From: the human T2T-CHM13v2.0 reference genome, Homo sapiens
DNA length: 64,000 nucleotides
Strand: one strand, 5' to 3'
Assembly (NCBI RefSeq): GCF_009914755.1
Contig: NC_060942.1
Of the stretch, positions 58,101 through 64,000 are shown piece after piece. The notes below the pieces were generated by a model. That model had not been told where the DNA came from and ran no database searches. It saw only the letters and a list, made by a program, of their open reading frames with translations. Numbering within the stretch: the stretch's first letter is position 1; the number at the start of each line of letters is the position of its first letter. The position numbers were made by a program, and so were the translations under genes.

Positions 58101-61100
58101 AGAAATACTAAAGGAAGTATTTCAACCAGAAAGAAAAAGGATATTAATGAGAAATAAATAATCACCTGAATGTACAAAACTTACTGGTAATAGTAAGTAT
58201 ACATAAAAACACAGAATACTATAACACTGTAACTGTGGTGTGGAAACTACTCTTATCCTAAGTAGAAAGGCCAAACTATAAACCAATCAAAAATAATAAT
58301 TATGGAAACTTTTCAAGGCACAGTCAGCACAATAACATATAAAAAGAAACAACAAAAAGTTAAAAAGAGAGGGAAGAAGTTATGGTGAATTTTTATTAGA
58401 TTTCTTTGTGCTTGTTTATGAAAATAGTGTTAAGTTGTTATCAGGTTAAAACAAAGGGTTATAAGATAGTATTTGCAAGCCTCATGGCAACCTCAAACTA
58501 ATAAACATACAATGGATACATAACAAAAAGCAAGAAACTAAATCATATCACAAGAGAAAATTATCTTCACTAGAGGAAGACAGAAATAAAAGAAGGCCAC
58601 AAAACAACCAGAAATCAAATAACAAAATGGCAGATGTAAGTCCTTACTTATCAATAATAACATTGAATGTAAATGAACTAACCTTGCCAATCAAAAGACG
58701 TAGGCTAGCTGAATAAATGAAAAGACAAGATATATTGATCTGCTGCCTGCAAGAAACATACTTAACCTATAAAGATACATGTAGACTGAAAATAAAGGGA
58801 GAGAAAATGATATTTCATGTCAACAGAAACCAAAAAAGAGCACAGGTCACTATACTTACATCAGACAAAATACATTTTAAGACAAAAACTCTAAGGAGAG
58901 ACGCAGAAGGATACTGCATAATCACAAAAGGGTCAATTCAGCAACAGAATATAACAATTTTAAATATATATGCACCCAACACTGAAACACCCAGATACAT
59001 AAAGGAAATATTATTAGAGCTATATAGAGAGATAGGCCCCAGTATAATAATAGCTGGAGACTTTGACACCCCACTTTCATATGGGACAGGTCTTCCAGAT
59101 AGAAAATCAGCAAAGAAACGTCAGACCTAATCTGTACTGTAAACCAAATAGAGCTAATAAATAGTTACAGAACTTTTCATCCAACAGCTACAGAATACAC
59201 ATTCTTTTCCTGTGCACATGGGTCATTTAGACCATATGTTAGGTCATGAAACAAGTCTTAGAATATGCAAAAAATTTGAAATAATATCAAGCATTTTCTC
59301 TGACCATAATAGATAAAGCTAGCAATTAATGGCAAGAGGAATTTTTGTAACTATACAAATATATGAAAATTAAGCAATATGCTCCAGAATGACCAGTGGA
59401 TGAATGAAAAAATTAAGAAAGAAATTGACAATTTTTTTCAAACAAATGATAATGCAAACACAACATACCAAAACTTATGGGATACAGCAAAAGCAGTACT
59501 AAGAAGGAAGTTTATAGCTATCAGTGCCTACATCAAAAAGAGGAAAAACCTCAAATAAACAATCTAATAATTCAGCTAAAAGAACTAGAAAAGCAAGAGC
59601 AAGCCAAACGCCAAATTAGTAAGAAAAGAAATAATAATTATCAGAGCAGAAATAAATGAAATTGAAAAAAAAACAAAAGATTAATGAAAATAAGAAGTTG
59701 GTTGTTTGAAAAGATAAGCAAAATTGACAAACCTTTAGCCAGACTAAGAAAAAAAGAGAGAAGTTTCAAATAAATAAAATCAGAAATGAAAAAGAAGACA
59801 TACAACTGATACTGAAGAAATTCAAAGGATTGTCAGTGGCTACTATGAGCAACTGTATGCCAATAAATTGGAAAAATCTAGAAGAAATTGACAAATTCCT
59901 ATGTACATACAACCTATCAAGATTGAGTAAGGAAGAAATCCAAAACCCGAACACACCAATAGCAAGTAATGAGTCTTCCAGTAAAGAAAAGCCCAGGACC
60001 TGATGGCTTCACTGCTGAATATTACAAACCATCTAAAGAAGAACTAATACCAATCCTGCTCAAACTATTCTGAAAAATAGAGGAGAAGGGAATGCTTCCA
60101 AACTCATTCTATGAGGCCAGTATTACCCTGATACCAAAGCCAGAGAAAGACACATCAAAAACAGAAAACTACAGGCAGGCCAATATCTCTGATGAATATT
60201 GATGCAAAAATTCTCAACAAAATGCTGGCTAACAAATTTGAACAATACATTAGAAAAAGCATTTATTATGACCAAGTGGGATTTATCCCTGGGATGCAAG
60301 GATGGTTCAACATACACAAATCAATCAATGTGATATATCATGACAACAAAATGAAGGATAATAACTATATGATTATTTCAATTGATGCAAAAAAAAGCAT
60401 TTCATAAAATTCAGCTTCTCTTTGTAATAAAACCCCTTATACTGGGTATAGAAGAAACATACCTCAACATAAGAAAAACCATTTACCACAGACCCACAGC
60501 AAGTATGATACTTAATGGGGAAAAACTGAAAGCTTTTTCTGTATGATCTGGAACAGGACAAAAATGCCCACTTTCACCGTTGTTATTCAATATAAGACTG
60601 GAAGTCCTAGCTAGACCAATCAGACAAAAGAAAGAAATAAGGGGGGTTCAAATTGGAAAGGAAAAAGTCAAATGATGTTGGTTTGCAGATAATGCAATCT
60701 TATGTTTGGAAAATGCTAAAGACTCCACACACAAAAAAACTAGTAGAATTGATAAGCAAATTCAGTAAAATTGCAAGATGCAAAATCAACATAAAAAATT
60801 GATAGTATTTCTATATGCCAAAAGTGAACAATCTGAAAAAGAAATTTAAAAAGTAGTCTCATTGAAATAGCCACAAATAAAATTAAATACCTAGGAATTA
60901 ACTTAACCAAAGACGTGAAAGTTCTCTGTAATGAAAACTATAAAATGCTGGTGAAAGAAGTTTTTGAGGATGCGAAAATATGGAACGATATTCCATGCTC
61001 ATGGATTGGAAAGATCAATATTGTTAAAATGTCCATACTACCCAAAGCAATCTACAAATTCAATACAATCTCTACCAAAATGCCAATGACATTTTTCAAA

Positions 61101-62815
61101 AAAAATAGAGAAAAAAATCCTAAAATTTATAAGGAACCACAGAAGACCTAGAATAGCCAAAGTTATCCTAAGCAAAATGAACAAAACGGGAGGAATTACA
61201 TTATCTGACTTCAAATTATTCTACACCACTATCGTGACCAAAACAACACGGTACTGGCATAAAAACAGTCACATAGACCAATGAAACAAGACAGAGAACA
61301 CAGAAATGAATTCACACACCTACAGTGAACTTATTTTCAATGAAGGTGTCAAGAACATACACTGGGGAAAAGACAATCTCTTCAAGAAATGGTGCTGGGA
61401 AAATGGAAAATCCATATGCAGAAGAATGAAACTAGACCCCTAACACTCACTGTACACAAAAATAAAATCAAATACTTAAATCTAGGACCTTAAACTCTGA
61501 AACCACTACAAGAAAACGCCAGGGAATCTCTCCAGGACATTGGTCTGGGCAAAAATTTCTTGAGTAATACTGCATAAGCACAGACAACCAAAGCAAAAAT
61601 AGACAAATAGGATTATATCAAGTTAAAAAGCTTCTGTACAGCTAATCAAACAATCAACAAAGTGAAGAGACAACCCACAGAATGGGAGAAAATATTTGGA
61701 AACTATTCACCTGGCAAAAGATTCATAATTAAAATATATAAAGAGCTCAAACAACTCTATAGGAAAAAGAATCTAATAATCCAATAAAAGTGGGCAAAGG
61801 ATTTGAATAGACATTTCTCAAAAGAAGACATACAAATGGCAAACAGGCATATGAAAAGGTGCTCAACATCGCTGATCATCAGAGAAATGCAAATCAAAAC
61901 TGTAATGAGATATTATCTCACTCCAGTTAAAACAGCTTATATCCAAAAGAAAGCAATAACAAATGTTTGTGAGGATGTGGAGAAAAGGCAACCTTCACAC
62001 ACTGTTTGTTGGAATGTAAATTAGTACAACTGCTATGGGGAACAGTTTGGAGGTTCTTTAAAAAACTAAAAATAGAGCTGCTATAGGATCCAGCAATTCT
62101 ACTGATGGGTATATACCCAAAATAAAGGAAATCAGCATATCAAAGAGATATCTGCACTCCCATGTTTGTTGTAGCACTGTTTGGAATAGCCAAAATTTGG
62201 AAGCAACCTAAGTGTGCATCAATAGATGAATGGATAAAGAAAATATGGCACATATACACAATGGAGTACTATTCATCTATAAAAAAGAATGAGATCCTGT
62301 CTCTTGCAACAACATAGATGGAACTGGAGGTCATTACATTAAGTGAAATAAGCCAGGCACAGAAAGATAAACATCATATGCTCTCACTTATTTGTGGGAT
62401 CTAAAATTCAAAACAATTGAACTCATGGATATAGAGAGTAGAAAAATCATTACCAGAGGTTGGGAAGGGTAATGAGGGGCTGAGGTTGAGGGGAGGTGAA
62501 GATGGTTAATGGGTACAAAAAATAGTGAGAAAGAATGAATAAGACCTAGTATTTGATAGCACAACAGGGTGACTACAGTCAACAATAATTTAATTGTACA
62601 TTTAAAAATAACTAAAAGACTATAATTGGATTATTTGTGACACAAAATATAAATTCTTTAGGGGATGGAGACCCTAGTTTACATGATGTGATTATTGCTC
62701 ATTGCATGCCTGTACAAAAAAAAATGTGCCCCATAAATATATATATCTACTATGTAAACACAAGAATTAAAATTTAAAAATTTAAAAAATTGAAAGATAT
62801 TTTAAAAAAGAAAAA
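55153..62815 (+). mobile_element. Full-length inactive LINE-1, L1MA2-like
   Basis: 5' end gaggtggggcaagatggtggaatagaaag; ~2 kb 5' UTR; ORF1 remnant ~57180-58150; ORF2 remnant from 58627; 3' UTR gaatgaataagacctagtatttgatagcacaacagggtgact...; A-rich tail. Confidence 0.92.
58627..62404 (+). pseudogene. L1 ORF2 (endonuclease/reverse transcriptase) remnant, multiple stops and frameshifts
   Basis: ORF-track fragments ICCLQET..., NIYAPN, IAGDF (endonuclease); [32 protein letters not shown] (RT); catalytic FADD reads FADN at 60682-60693. Confidence 0.92.
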
Positions 62816-62819
62816 AAAT

Positions 62820-63375
62820 CAGGATATAGGCCTGAGCAAAGATTTCCTAAGACATGCCATAAAAATTATAATCCATAAAAGGGAAAATTGATAACTTGGC
62901 CTTATTAAAAATTTGGCCCTAGGAAAGGGAAAATAAGAGCTATAGAAAGAGCAATACTATTTGTAAACCACATATGCAACAAAACACTATAATTTATAAA
63001 GAGCTCTCAAAACTCAACAGTAAAAAATCAAATAATCCAAATAAAAATGTGCAAAACACATAAAGAGTACATACAAATAACAAATAAGCACAGGAAAATA
63101 TGTTCAATATCATTAGTTATTAGGGATGTGCAAATTAAAATCACAAGGAGATATCACAATATACGTAACTGAATGGCTAAAATAAAACACAGCTAGAACC
63201 AAATGCTGACAAGGATGCAGAGAAAGTGGATCCCACTCATACATTGCTGGTTGGACTGTAAAATGTTATAGCCAATCTCGATAACAGTTTGGCAGGTTAA
63301 AAACAACAACAACTAGACATGCAACTCTCATATGACTCAAGAATTGTACTACAGGGCATTTATCCCTGCAAAATG
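62820..63375 (+). mobile_element. Old L1M ORF2-end fragment
   Basis: gcaaagatttcctaagaca...ctctcaaaactcaacagtaaaaa...aaatgctgacaaggatgcagagaaa...gggcatttatccc. Confidence 0.8.
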
Positions 63376-64000
63376 TGGGAAATCAACAGAAACTCTCAGA
63401 TGCAAAGTTCCTTCACAAAAGCATGACAAAATTGCTATGTTCAGGCAACAAAGAAAGATAGACCAGGCTAAAGGAGCCGCACTCTAAGTCCTGTGAAAGC
63501 CATATTGCCCAGCTGAAACTTAATGTTCATTTTCTACACTGGTTTTGTTTAAGCATTGATCTTTTGACAGTGTAGTTTTTGTTTGTTTATTTGTTTCATC
63601 CTTAAAAGGCAGAAATCATTGATGCTGTGACTGGGAGATGGGAGGGTGAAGAGGGAAGTAGCATTGGAATCCCAAATTGGGTAATCCATACGACTTCCAT
63701 TTAATCTTCAGTTGGGTTTTCAGGAAACCCTGCCTTCAATCTCAGTGGCAGTTGGAAAGGTCACAAAATCTATTGTCCACCACTGGAGTCCCAATATTAC
63801 ACTAGGCAGCTAGGAATATATTCCGAGTCTCAGGAGGGCGCAGGCATTCTTTATTCGTCTTTCAGATGACCTTCTCGTCAGTCTGAGATCTTTTCACTGT
63901 GAATTTTCTCCCTTCTTTATTTTTTGTCTTTCTTCCCTGCAGTTTGTCTGACCTTCCTGTTAACTTCTGTATACTATGAATTGTCACATTTTTCTGAATG

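Noticed and set aside
58717-62024. Endonuclease/RT-like ORFs as an active or domesticated gene
   Set aside because: Fragments of one L1 ORF2 broken by many stops and frameshifts, with a mutated catalytic motif.
63905-63945. Strong + strand acceptor ...ttcttccctgcag
   Set aside because: No donor before the window ends; cannot be evaluated.

Overview
AT-rich primate (human or ape-like) genomic DNA, intronic or intergenic, and mostly interspersed repeats. It holds 12 Alu copies (J, S and Y types), a full-length but dead ~7.6 kb L1MA2-like LINE-1, and several old L1M, L2, MIR and L3 fragments. It also holds MaLR/ERVL LTRs (THE1, MLT1, MER21-like) and DNA-transposon fossils (MER2, Tigger3, Charlie1, hAT-Tip100). 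No intact protein-coding gene, RNA gene or CRISPR array can be supported; the ORF-track entries are repeat-derived or chance. I found no convincing new biological system. The best leads are: (i) a short unique island (24.4-25.4 kb) between inverted Alus, with a candidate 18-nt microexon (+), a candidate 78-nt exon (-) and a CTCF-like motif; (ii) unusual insertion or repair scars, namely a ~22-bp L1 stub with a target-site duplication (TSD), three twin-priming L1 inversions (one with a short 3' transduction), a 38-bp locally templated insertion, and an inverted Charlie1 pair sharing private mutations. Subfamily names come from recalled consensus sequences, not a database search. Old-repeat boundaries are approximate.
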